DNA of 62,567 nt, the filler included, from Nemertoderma westbladi (lineage: Eukaryota; Animalia; Xenacoelomorpha), in the NCBI GenBank assembly GCA_032718475.1. It is 4 parts of 4 records of this genome, joined end to end, with 100 filler letters (N's around TTAATTAATTAA, not from the genome) between each part and the next. Parts side by side here need not be neighbours in the genome. Positions count along the whole stretch, not along the records: positions 28,443 to 43,152 come from JAUCBJ010007009.1; 3 more parts are not named here. One strand, given 5' to 3'. A program made the translations under genes and the position numbers. Under the pieces are notes generated by a model that had not been told where the DNA came from, did not search any database, and saw nothing but the letters and a program-made list of their open reading frames with translations. Numbering within the stretch: the stretch's first letter is position 1; each line of letters starts with the position of its first letter. Of the stretch, positions 28,443 through 40,322 are shown one piece after another.

Positions 28443-29112
28443 ATAGAATCATAAAAATATGCCTTTCACAGTACACATACGGAGGAAATAGGTCTTAGAT
28501 CCTCTAAAAACACCGATACAGCAATAATACGGTCTCTTACACTTATTAAATCAACTACAGAGTATTTTAAGGTAAAAGATAATAAAAATAACGGGGCAAT
28601 TCAGCAAAGGCTTTTACATATAGTGCGGCACCTGAACGGGTTAATAATAATACCAATAACAATATCTCCAAGGTGACATTCATTATTTCAGAATGCGAAT
28701 GGGGTGGAATGGTTTGATTTGTTCGGTGTCAAGATGATTCTTTGTATATTCCTGATATATCTAGTCAAACTGAGAAAAAAAAATATTAATAAATTACGGC
28801 CAACTTTTTAAATCAACAACTCAAATATTCTGACTTACTTGTACAAAGACTGTATTTCTGTAATATTCTATAAACAGACGACATAAGTTTGTGTTGTGCG
28901 ATTTTATGGTGAAATTATTATTCATTCAAATTCAAAATGCGGAAAAACATCTGACGCTATTATAGCTTACTATCCACTCACAAGCCCGATAATAAATTCG
29001 ATAGTATTGGCCTAATCTGATTGGTTATTCATTTAGGCGTACTGGTGAGTAAGAATGGTAGTAGGGCAAACATAGGTGTGCACTTCAGATATAATACAGC
29101 TCGCACCAATAA

Positions 29113-29292
29113 AAGCTGCTTCACACGTGGCTATTTATTAAGCAACTTGTTGGCAATTTTGTCGAACAACTCGGGTTGATGATAAAAGTAAAAAAGTTGC
29201 CACGTTTAAACTGCGAACAAGTAAGTTGTCCAAAATGAAGTTGTTGGTTGCGGAACAACTTACCCTAAAAGTTGCCACATGTAAACCGGACT
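29113..29292. mobile_element. Degenerate PIF/Harbinger-type MITE
   Basis: Imperfect TIRs AAGCTGCTTCACACGTGGC / GCCACATGTAAACCGGACT, TAA at both ends, internal CAACTT/AAGTTG repeats. A similar end occurs at 43046-43152. Confidence 0.4.
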
Positions 29293-29404
29293 TAATGAGA
29301 GGTTTAGTCACAATGACACGGCATTGACAATGTTAACAAGCCTTGCATACTGTACACAATGCTTGAGACTCCGAAGTCAAGTTTATTTTTTTATTGTATG
29401 ATAT

Positions 29405-29590
29405 TCTTGAGGCGCATCTTAAAGGATACTGGCCTTGAAGATGCGGATGATCTAGCAAATGTCATGGGTGATAGGGAGTTGCGGCGGCGTAATTTTGTCG
29501 ACAAGCCGGCACATAATTTTTAATACATATCATGTAATATACAGTATATAATGCAGCTACAATGCGGCATGCTGATAGAAGTATTAGTTA
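29405..29590 (+). mobile_element. RTE family A 3' fragment (diverged)
   Basis: Matches 60013-60180. Confidence 0.8.
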
Positions 29591-29659
29591 TTTATTTACA
29601 TTATTTACATTTATGAATGCAATATTTATAGTGGGGTGACGCTAAAGTTGCATGGTAAA

Positions 29660-29765
29660 TAATGTAGAACATTATTTCACCATTTATGGGCCTACTCGAG
29701 ATATTCACCGAGCGTAGCGAGTTTAAATAAAGATCGAGAGCATAGTGAAAATATTGTTCAACAAT
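29660..29765. mobile_element. Degenerate palindromic MITE with CCGAGCGTAGCGAG core
   Basis: Imperfect arms GAACATTATTTCAC / GTGAAAATATTGTTC around a GCG-TA-GC mini-hairpin. Confidence 0.45.
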
Positions 29766-29833
29766 ATTTAATGAGCCATTCGTTCAATTATTATTAAATG
29801 GAATGAATATTATTTTCACGAGATTATTAATAT

Positions 29834-31275
29834 TAGGGGTGTGACGGATAACCGGCCGGGCCGGAATTCCGGCCGGATTTTGAGAAAAAAATCAGTTTCC
29901 GGCTCCGGCCGGATTAAAATTTTTTAGCCGGATTTCCATTTCAAAGAATTCTTGACAAAATTTACAGTTATTTAAATTCAAACAAATTTAAATATAAGCA
30001 AATACAATGGAATACAATAAAAATTTTTCATAGTGTTTGTATCATGTTCATTCATATCGATGCTGCCATATCATAAGGGCCTAAGTCATCTTTTTATGAA
30101 AATGGGATTATTGATTGATTAGGTAGCATAGTCCTCGGTGCACATTCTGTCAGAGCCCCAAAGCACAAGAACGATTGATTGATTGCTGAGATATTTCCAA
30201 TTTCATAACGGCCTAAATCAGAGAATCCTATAGTATCCATTTCATTGTGTATTTTTTCCTAAAGTCAATATAACCACCAATCAACCAAATGTAAAATACT
30301 GTTCACTAAATAGAAATATTGCATTGTAACAGTATACACCTGAGCTGCTACCTGCACACTTATACTTTTTAACATTGATTTTGAACCAGTACAATTATAT
30401 TGGAATTTACTTTCACTTTAATTGAGACCATAATAAAAAAGTTGCGTTCATGACATATATCATTGCGCTTTAAAATTAAGTTTATTGCTGAAGACCGCAT
30501 TGATGTTTTGTAGCAGAGGAAGTGGTTGATAGATGACAGAGTAGAGTCTTGATCTGAGACGGGGGGGGGGGGGGGGGGGGGTGGAACTGGACGCAAAACC
30601 CGCCTTGGCGAATGTTCAATGTTAAATTCCCAATTTATTATTTTATTTATGATAAAATATTTATTTATCAAATTATCAAATCAATCCACTATATCAAAAA
30701 TTATAAAATATCAAATCGGCGTAGGTTATGGTAGAAAAATATTAGTTTCTATCCACAATCCGGAAGTAAAGCGTGAGCGTTAAACGTTCGCTCGGAATAA
30801 ATTGAAGACGCTGGTGATACTAAATAATTGTATATACTGTATATATATATATAATGTATATACTGTATGTACAAGTAATTGTAAATTAGGAATTCATTTC
30901 TTATTGCCGCCCACCAACGCAAAACACTCTCCTCGTCCCCTTTAGTTGGGAAAATTGACATGTACTTATCTATTTCTGAATTCATAATATTTATAAAGTC
31001 AAAGTCCTTATCATCACCTTGCTGATCATGATCGACATGATCAGCACATTAGGTCCCGTATCTGTCGACGCAGGACCTAACGCCCAAAAGACCAAATGAT
31101 CTGATGCGCTACCCTCCCTCCAGTTATGTTCATGCATACAGGTACCATGGGTGATTCAAGAAAAAAATGGTGATATATTTAAAAAATCCGGCTTTGGCCG
31201 GACGCGGGCGGATTTTTTTCACAAATCCGGCTCCGGCCTGGCCGGATTGAAAATGGTCAATCCGGAACATCCCTA
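29834..31275 (-). mobile_element. hAT deletion derivative
   Basis: TIRs TAGGGGTGTGACGGAT / ATCCGGAACATCCCTA; perfect 8-bp TSD ATTAATAT (29826-29833, 31276-31283); CCGG-rich subterminal repeats. Confidence 0.9.
30705..30985 (-). pseudogene. hAT transposase C-terminal dimerisation domain remnant
   Basis: SEIDKY..VLRWWAAIRNEF..YLVSPASSIYSERTF..LLPDCG*KLIFFYHNL. Confidence 0.8.
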
Positions 31276-31342
31276 ATTAATATATTAGTTTCATACAGTG
31301 AAAGGAATCAAGCATTATTTTATAATTTAATATTGGTGTTTT

Positions 31343-31413
31343 GGGTGAATGAGTGGTTTCATATTATTATAAGAATTCCAACCTGGAGGTGACCAGTTCG
31401 ATCCCACCTGGAC
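31343..31413 (+). mobile_element. Possible tRNA-derived SINE head
   Basis: B-box-like GTTCGATCC and a degenerate A-box-like GAATGAGTGG; no complete cloverleaf. Confidence 0.3.
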
Positions 31414-32087
31414 GTAATTGCCGACATTATAAAGCTGTGCCAAATGAAAGTTATATTAAGAATTATGGCATATTGGATGTTGTATGTAAAGTATATGGTA
31501 TATCATGAACTGTTTAAATATTACGTATTCTAGAACAAATTCACGTTTCTTCTTTCGTCTTTATTTAACATTTAGTCCAGTAGACGCTCAATAGAGCTCA
31601 AGGGAGGACCGTGAACTTGGGTCATCACGCAATTTTATTTTATCAATGTCTTCCCTGATAATAATAATGTAAATATTCACCGGGTGCCAGTTGGGATACC
31701 TTGGGGAATTTTTTTTACAGCATAAAATACAAGTACAAATTAGTCAACCTATTCCAAAAATTACATTAAATTATAAACGTTTGTTACTGGAGTAATTAAA
31801 CAAAGTGTTCTAGAACAGAGATAAACAACTATGTATATCTGTATATATGTTTAGATCTGAATACTGTAATTGCTGTATTGTATACTTAGCTATGATATGA
31901 AAGCTCTGATTACCCATATTTTGAAAATCTTTTAACGGTATGTAGGGGTAGGCCTACGCCTATGCTCGTTTGTTTTATTTATTGTTCACGGCCGTTTCGT
32001 TAACCGCTTCATTTATATATTGCCTACCCTAACGCCTTGTAATTTAACTTGGTTTAGGCCTATACACACACTTTATTAGTCATTAGT

Positions 32088-32174
32088 AGCGCCCACCCCT
32101 ACCCTCGGGTAGCAGCTATCGAAAGAGGAGCCTTCGGGTCGCCTCCGGCTTCGGCCGACTGTTTGCTTGCTTGC
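32088..32174 (+). mobile_element. 5'-truncated retroposon (SINE-like) 3' end with (TTGC)n tail
   Basis: 87-bp GC-rich insert between perfect 15-bp direct repeats TTATTAGTCATTAGT (32073-32087, 32175-32189); microsatellite tail. Confidence 0.75.
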
Positions 32175-32401
32175 TTATTAGTCATTAGTCTTATTTATTG
32201 AAATTAATATAACTAGTATTTTTTATGGCAGCACACAGCGGCACATTTATTCATAAAATCAAAAAATAATATTACGTAACTTGTTTTGTATTTTACATAG
32301 CTAGTGTTTTTTATGGTTGGTAGCAGTTTTACTTGTGTTGAAAATGAATTTAGCTAAATTGAAATTTCTAAAATATTATATGAAATATTATATGAAAATC
32401 T

Positions 32402-33830
32402 TGAAGGTGATTTAAGACGACATAAAGAGGAAGGCACTATGCGGCGGCATCTTGATGCCGGTGATAGAATCAGTATACTTCGAACATTAAAAAAGTACAA
32501 GGATCCATTTGGCTTTAATGATACTAAATGAGTTGATCAATATTGTGAATGGTCGTATAGCTCCACCAGAAGTCAATGTGGATAATGCCGTAAAGTTGGG
32601 GTTGGAGTCGGCAAGGGCATTCAAATCAACTCTCCCAAATGGTTTCTACCAGAGAATAACACGCTCAGTTTTAACTATTGTTTTGAAACCCACACGTGGC
32701 AAACATGGTTGCAAGACCTATGATATGGAGAGATTATACGCAAGACTTCTGATTGTCTCACAGAAACGCAATATTGATTTGTTAGAATTGTTTACCTATG
32801 AACTATGCCCATTACCTCCATCACTATTCAATGAGTATGGTGAATTACGTTCCGGAAAGAAAACTGATATGGTTTCTCTGGCAGTAAATGGGGCCAACCC
32901 ACAACCCACAGGTATAGCTTCGCTATACCATATTAATTGGACCAACAAGTTATCTGTAGCCGCTTTTTGTGATGCCTACTGCAGCAAATATACAGTAGCT
33001 GAACACCATCATGAAACGTATATAATATTTGATCGTTACTTTCCAGGTAGCATTAAATCTTTAGAAAGGGAAAAGCGTAATAAATCCAACAGTTATCAAC
33101 AATATGAACTATCACTAGAAACAATTCTACCTTCCAGAGACACTATTATGAAGTCTGTGAACAATAAACAAATGTGTAATTATACAACAAATAAATCATT
33201 ACACCTTGTTGGGGACTCTAATAATATATTCGAACATGAAGAAGCTGATGTTACTATTATTAGTTACATGTTCAAGTTATCTGATAATGACAACATCAGG
33301 CATATACAAATAACAACAGATGATACAGACATTTTCGTACTAGCAGTATTCTTCTTCTGGCTCTATCAACCAACTGTTCAACTCTCCATACGTAGATTTA
33401 ATGGGAAAATCATAAATATCAACACCACTGCTATCCAACTCGGAAATCAGTGTGCTGGTCTCCTTTCTTTACACGCTTTATCTGGTTGCGATACAGTATC
33501 ATATCCATATGGGAAGGGAAAAAAGAACGCAATCAAATTGCTGTGTAGGTTGCACGAATCCCTGCAGATTTTCTGTAATCCAAATGTTACAGAAGAAGAA
33601 TGGCTACAAATACAGTAGGCCTCTCGTTCATTGTACACCTCTATGGTGGTGGCATATCGGATACTCTGAATGAACTTCGACATGGGCTATTCACTACAAA
33701 GAAGCAACACCCTAAAGTATTCAACCTTCCCCCCACCTACCAGTGTGCCGCTGGACAAATGTAAAACGGGCTCGTTTGCAAGTTCTTTTGTGGAGAGCTG
33801 CTGATGATCCTGCACCTCCAAAGCTCCAAA
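32402..33830 (+). pseudogene. AcademX DNA transposon protein, XPG/FEN1-like nuclease half
   Basis: HKEEG..RR..D..DR; FTYELCPLPPSLF; IIFDRY..SIKSLER; HEEAD; DDTDIFVL; LHALSGCDTVSYPYGKGK; after a frameshift LPPT..KRARLQVLLW. These PIN/XPG acidic motifs match the AcademX architecture. Confidence 0.75.
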
Positions 33831-34495
33831 AGCTCAAAAGATGGTATGCTTGAGCATGTGGATGACTTCTGTTACCTGGGATCATGGATCCGGAAGTCAG
33901 GTGAGGACCTTCGAATACGTAAGGGAAAGGCGTGGGCAGCCTTGAATAGGCTTTCCAGGATTTGGAAGTGACCGAGAATTAATCGGACACTTAAGGTCCG
34001 ATTATTTAGAGCAGCAGTAGTTCCAGTACTCCTCTACGGGAGTCCATGCTGGGTGCTGGGCTCTAACTGCTGAGGACACCAAATCTCTGGATGGCACATT
34101 CACAAGAATGCTACGCCGGGTTCATTGTGTCAAGTACAATGCACACATCTCCAACCAGACACTATATAACATTGGAGGTGTCTCATTGGTTCCCCCAAGC
34201 TTGACACTAGAACAAAATCGCCTCCGCTTTGCAGGACATTGCTTTCGCCGTGAGGACCAGCCAGTGCATAATCTTGTACTTTGGCAGCCTCATGGAGTGA
34301 ATAAGCATGGTGGACAGCCCATGACTTTCTTGAGACGCATCTTAAAGGACACTGGCCTTGAAGATGCGGATGATCTAGCAAATGTCATGGGTGATAGGGA
34401 GTTGTAGCGGTGCAATTTTGTCGATAAGCCGGCACAGCATTCTTAAAATTGCAGCTGCAATGCAGCATGCCGTTCCTAGTACAGTAGTAGTAGTA
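33831..34495 (+). mobile_element. RTE family A, 5'-truncated copy with (TAG)n tail
   Basis: Near-identical to 59525-60180. Confidence 0.9.
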
Positions 34496-34624
34496 TTTGG
34501 GGTAGATACCCAGATAGTGGGGTCGCTTAAGGTGAAAATCGTTAATTGCCGGACAAAAGCATGAAAATGTGACTATATATGTAAAAAAATGTGTAGATTA
34601 ATCTGAGCCTGTGTACCAAAAAAA

Positions 34625-35055
34625 TTGACTACTTCCCTAGCAACAGGGTGACTTTTTCATAGCAACCGGGTAAAATTGGTCATTTCTGTTATTGAAACTC
34701 ACCATATACAAAAATTACAATTATATAACTGGGTTAGTTTATAATATAAGTCTGTACACGTTTCCATAGCAACAAGGAGACCTTTACCTAGCAACCGCTC
34801 TATATTTAATGCAATTATGATTGAAACTTGGGATAATCAACCTGACTAGCAATAGAAGATGGTTAGTAATGAGATAGGCGCTGATACACGTTTCCTTTCT
34901 AACAGGGTGTCCTTTCCCTAGCAACCGCTGTATATTTAATGAAATTATGATTGAAACTTGGGATAATCAACCTGTCTAGCAATAGAAGATTGTTAGTAAT
35001 AACATTGGCGCTGATACACATGTCCATAGCAACAAGGTGACCTTTCCCTAGGAAC
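34625..35055. repeat. 130-bp tandem repeat (~3.3 copies) rich in CC(A)TAGCAAC
   Basis: TACAC(G/A)T at 34755, 34885 and 35015. Confidence 0.8.
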
Positions 35056-35069
35056 TGCCTGAAATTTAG

Positions 35070-35850
35070 TGTAAATCACATCAATATTGTCAAATGCTCC
35101 AGTTGTAAATAATCCATTACGTAAATTGATAGGGCAAACAATATCATAAATTTGTGCTCGTTCAGCAAGGGTACATGCAATAGAGTTAGAAGTTGATATT
35201 GATATTGAATTGATATTAGAAGTTGGAGATAACGAGGAGATCCATATATTTGGCATGAATCGGAAAAGGTGCCAGAAAATGATGGAACTTCATGTTGCAA
35301 TAAATGATATCGACATATATTTGCAGGTTTTGACAATATAATATTTGACAACAGGATAGATCAGCATCAAAATCACTACTGCAAATGCCGCCATGGTCAT
35401 TTCTTTCATCGATTCTGGAAACACCAAAATTACATTTTTCCCATCAGAAACAAACTGAACATTATATTGTTTGAAATGTTGAATAATGTCATCCGTTAGG
35501 TGAGTTTTATTCACTGAGACATAGTATCCCAGTTCTTCTAATCGATCTGACAATATTTTATGTAGCTCTGCTAGCTTAAACACACTTGTTCCACTCCCCA
35601 CTGACTCTTCAATATGATTAACAAGATCATTGAATGCTCTAGATCGTGTTATTATTGATTCCTCAACAATTATTGATTTGCCATTGTTTGTCCTGTCGCG
35701 AAGAAATGATCTATTCGTATTTCTGTATTTTGTAAGGATTTCTATATGATATTTTGCACCATTCGCTACAAAGTCGCCACCACCCTTACGTAACATTTGA
35801 AAATCATTCATATCATTTGCCATGTTTGACAAATTTTGCTGTGCATTTAG
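35070..35850 (-). pseudogene. AcademX protein N-terminal/transposase-start fragment
   Basis: GDFVANGAKYH; VFKLAELHKILSDRLEELG..VNKTHL; IVCPINLRNGLFTTGAFDNID (first catalytic Asp region). Confidence 0.65.
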
Positions 35851-36276
35851 CGTGTATTTAGCATGTTTGTAGGTAAATGGTAATGAATGTTAAGACAAGA
35901 CATTGATTGGTAGTAGTGTAGCCCGTTTCAATATTATTCTGCTATTTTTAAAAGCTGTTTTAAAGCTAATACCTTTTGGAGGTATTACGTGACCTTTTTT
36001 GAAATTATAAAAATTGTTATGTTATATAAATATATATGTAATATATATATATATATAATATGTAATATATAATATATATATAATATATATGTTATAGATT
36101 ATTATAATAATAGGCTATATAACAATAATTTTATAGCTATAATGAAAAACAGACTAGCGACAATCGAAAACATTAGCTACCACAAAAATTAAACGTGTAA
36201 TGAGTTCACACTATGTTCCAGAACAACAGAATAAATTTGTACAGGGTAATTAATTCCCATTAATAAATTGGAACTA

Positions 36277-36849
36277 CATACTTCGCCCTCTCGACACCCC
36301 CTGCCATTTTTTCACCAGTCCTTTTTAGAGTTTTTTAATGCTTTTTTGGTATTGGAGAAAAAAGAATTTCTAGAACATTTAGTAGATATAAATATTGATG
36401 ATATTATAACAGTTTATAGTTTATATTAAACATCGTTTGAGATTATTTGAACATCGGTACAGTTTTAGGAGTCTACATTCAGCAAAGTGTCGCTGGAAAG
36501 AATAATAAAATAAAACCCATAAAAAATATAGGCTTGTTTACCAACCAATCACACCTATAAATAACGTAACATTAAAAAAATCAGTTTTAAACATCTTAAA
36601 TGCTTACTATTACTAGCTACTGTAGTAAAAAACCCATTACCTTCATAAAAACGCTAGCTAATTAATAATGTTAACAAAATTTTTTTTTATTTTCAAAAAA
36701 TGCTAGCTAGTAAAAAAACGCTAGCTGCTATTAAAAAAATATCTACTTAAGGTTCTAGAACATTCCCCATTATCAAAAAAACATTGAAAAACACAAAAAA
36801 ATTAATGGTTAAAAAAATTGACAGAGGCTGTCGACAGGGCGAAGTAGTG
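36277..36849. mobile_element. MITE-like element with ~35-bp imperfect TIRs
   Basis: TACTTCGCCCTCTCGACA (36279) vs TGTCGACAGGGCGAAGTA (ends 36846); AT-rich interior. Confidence 0.55.
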
Positions 36850-37800
36850 CCAATAAATATATACAAACCACAAACCAAAACAAAAGTTACATAATGTGAA
36901 TTTCGAGGGAATAAGCAATAACCAGCTCACTAGTACCATGATGTACTATTCTGTATCATAATTCTAATTCTAGAATCGCAAAATGACTGTGATTATTTAT
37001 TATATTACACTCTGATTATTGACCATTTTCCTACACGAATAAAATACAACAGCAGCTACCGGTAGTATTGGTATTATATTTATCTGTGTTTGTTTTCATT
37101 ATATGCGAAACATTCTAGAACGATTTAAGTTATTGCCAAGGATATCTTGTTCCTCTGGCCTCCTTTCAGTGCATGACGATGTTCTAAAACCGTATTACAT
37201 CTGGGCCTGGCAAGTGAAATAGTAAAAAAATTGTTGAAGTTGGAAGTACAGTAGTTCTTACAGATTTTTTAAAGAAATATATCCATATTTTATTATTATA
37301 TTATTATTATTATGGGGTCAGCTCCACCCGTGGCTACATTTTTGGATTTTTAACAGTACTTTTACACTGTAGTTTTATAAACACACATTATTCCCATAAA
37401 GTTAAATATTTTTATGGAAACGTGTATCAATCAGCTCTAATATAACTACTAATAATCTTATATTCGCCCATGCCGCACGTGAAGAATACCAGGATTTCAC
37501 TTTTCGGTCGACTTTTTATTGGAATTTTATATATGAAGATTTTTTATTTTATTTTTTTAAATATATCTTTATTAAGTGTCTCATAGCGCTTATTTCTGTC
37601 TTATAACCTGTACATATACTAATTAGAAAATAGGGGGAATCTGTTATGTAATATATATTGTGATAACTACTGTAATACGACCTGGCATGTCTGCATGTTG
37701 CGACCGGGTGTCTTGCATTATTATATTTACCATATAGTGTTTAGTGTTATTAAATACATACAGGTACTGGTTACCGGTACAAGCATACAGCTATATTTTC

Positions 37801-38868
37801 AACAAGCTGGCAAGCCTGGAAGGTTCACGGTCCTCCTACTTAATCAGTACAATAATAATACGTTTTCGTTCGGGTAGGCCTATGTTTCCTTTTCACTTGT
37901 TCCCATCGTAGGCGACCTCATGCTCCTGTGCTCATCCCACCACGACCACGACCACCAGTTACGAGTTGGGTAGGCGTCTACCGGCAACCGGTAAGTAATT
38001 ACGCGCCACACGACGTCATCCCGCCATCCGCCAACATTTATACTGGTACGGTAAGCCTACCACCTACCGGCTGGCTACCATCGCACCGTAGGTCTACCGC
38101 CTACGCCTACCGGTCAACCGGTAACGGTAGGCTACCGCGTACCGGTACAGCGGTACTCAAAGTCGTACCGGTATTGTCGTAATTGACAAATGCAGGATTA
38201 AACCGTAACCCGTTCCAGTACCGGTACCATATGCATCTGAACGACTGGACGGTTAATCTCATAGCATAGCTGCATAGGCCTACTGGTAGTCAGTGCGAAG
38301 TCGCCTGCGAACATGGCGAAATATTATATTTACTGCTAGGGCTAGGCTAGGACCTACTGCTGTACTGACCTATGACAGTATGAAGATAGGCAGATAGGCC
38401 TACAGTGGTCAGGTAGTACCGGTCCGGTATGCCTACTACAGGCAGACAATCAGACAGTACTAGCAGTGCTAATTAATTACCTTAATTAAATCTTCAATTA
38501 GGTCATAATGTAGGTCCAAATTTAAAAATCGGCCTCCGTTAATCGATTTACAAATAATTCAGGTACCTCCATGCCAAATATCAGAATCATTCATTGCGTT
38601 CCCTATGACAAGATAGCTTTTTCCTAAACCATGCGAAAACACGCAAATATAGCGCTCACATCGCACAAATACCATCTCGACACCCAATTTTTTGTATGAG
38701 CCTTCGCCATCCCTATATCTAACTTTTGTCCAAATTTTGTTTCGATTGATTAATAAATAACTGAGATATCGCTCTGGACACACACACACACACACACACA
38801 CACTAACACACACACACACACACATTACGGTAATAATGGTCACCTATGTCAAGGACCGTGAACCAATA
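37801..38868 (+). mobile_element. Helentron-associated (HINE/pearl-like) non-autonomous element
   Basis: Starts AACAAG; 13-bp subterminal inverted repeats GGTTCACGGTCCT (37822) / AGGACCGTGAACC (38852); (CA)n at 38778-38824 just before the 3' end. Confidence 0.45.
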
Positions 38869-38886
38869 TATAAACTAGGATCAACA

Positions 38887-38943
38887 TAAGGCGCTCTTTC
38901 CCACTTTATGGGTGTTGGTGTGGCGGAATTGAATACGCTCACA
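38887..38943 (-). mobile_element. Fragment of the element A LTR 5' end
   Basis: Reverse complement matches 2233-2289 with three substitutions. Confidence 0.8.
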
Positions 38944-38949
38944 AAAAAG

Positions 38950-39275
38950 ATTACCTATTTTTAGACCTTGAAACGGATTTTGATACTTTGAATCATCAAT
39001 TCTTGCATTTAAACAGGCATTCGATATTTACCTCACAACTTGTTTACAGATAATCTGACTAACGGATTTCGATACGTTTCGATAAATAAAAGTAACTGTG
39101 AAATGCGGTTTAAGGTTCCATTTTGGGGCCACTTCTGTACATCCATGACCTGCCAGCTACATCTGGGTTTCGCTCAACCCTGTTTGCAGACAACACATCA
39201 TTGATGTTCATCTCAATCCACATTCAAGTACTGGAAGTGGAACGTTGACATATCAAATGTTACGCACTGGGTCCT
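38950..39275 (+). mobile_element. Highly degenerate CR1/L2-like RT fragment
   Basis: Broken FLDL..FDT.NH, QGSILGPLL-like, HDLP and LFAD motifs. Confidence 0.55.
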
Positions 39276-39279
39276 CGAT

Positions 39280-39555
39280 TACCGCAAAGGTAAAATGCTG
39301 GAAATTGTAAGAGCTTAAGGAATACTAGAGGTAATTATCGCTGGCATTGAATTGTTATATTGACACAGGTAATCCCACCAGATTGTAAAACGGAGTTCTT
39401 CTAAATCCTGGTTGGCGTGCTGCAAGGTGGGACATTGGCGCCATTACTATTTGTAATTGTACTGGATTACGCAATGAGGACGGCCATAAAGGGTGAAGAT
39501 CTTGGATTCACACTACAAGAACTCAGAAGTAGCAGATATCCGGCAACAGTAAACA
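39280..39555 (+). mobile_element. RTE family B degenerate RT fragment
   Basis: Aligns with 56650-56920 (LQG.TLAPLLF.IVLDYAMR..KGEDLGF.LQE.RSSRYPAT). Confidence 0.8.
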
Positions 39556-40131
39556 TGGACACTGCTGAAGAAGTAAACATGGGGCATGGGGTCATACCAG
39601 ACCTACTTTATATCAGTAGTAGAGTAATATCACTCACTAATTTAAACAAATACATTAAAAACAGCAACAGGATATCAATTTGAACTTTATTCACGATCTC
39701 GTAAAATAGCTATGAAATTAAGAATGAAATATTATTGATCATTGGAGTGAGTTAATAGCGAACATGAGAAGGTTTAAAGAGTGCCTACATCTGTGATGTA
39801 ACGTAATTTGATTTCGTATTGGCCGATGCCACTTAAATTTTATGCGGTCGGGCGCTGTTGAATTACAATTAATTGTGTTATCTGTCAAACAGCATGGCCC
39901 CAGGCACTAGTACAGAGTCCAGTACAGGTTTGTTTCGACATCACGATTGGATTTATGAGTAGCGGTATATCAGATTTAGCGAATTCCTTCAATTCATTTG
40001 AATGACGGTTTGATTTACAGAAATAAACATTTGAGCTGATTACATCGTTAATCTAATCTCTATACTAACTCCCGTATATGGCATTTAATCATGTCTGTTT
40101 CGAATATTAACACTTTCGCTGTAAACGTTAC

Positions 40132-40322
40132 GTCGACAGCAGACACCCGAAACCGACAGCAGGAAACTGACAGCAGATATACGATAGCAGAAAACCGATA
40201 GCAGACAACCGACATCGGGGAACCGACAGTAGACCGACAGCAGGCAACCGACTGCCGATAGCAGATAACCGACTGCCGCAACCCGCAACAGACAATCTAC
40301 TGCTGATCACCGACAGCAGACA
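40132..40322. repeat. Degenerate ~11-14-bp minisatellite (ACCGACAGCAG)
   Basis: Repeated ACCGA(C/T)AGCAG units; accounts for the spurious ORFs at 40060-40358. Confidence 0.75.

Noticed and set aside
28443-28644. piggyBac right end (..GAACGGG|TTAA)
   Set aside because: Only one terminus is visible at a contig edge, so the TIR cannot be confirmed.
31343-31413. tRNA gene
   Set aside because: Only a B-box/T-arm-like part is present; no acceptor stem or anticodon arm can be formed.
32509-33618. Host XPG/FEN1 DNA-repair gene or giant-virus nuclease
   Set aside because: It is intronless and frameshifted, and its flanking motifs (FTYEL..PPSLF, LPPT..RA.LQ..W) plus the nearby DNID fragment fit an AcademX transposon.
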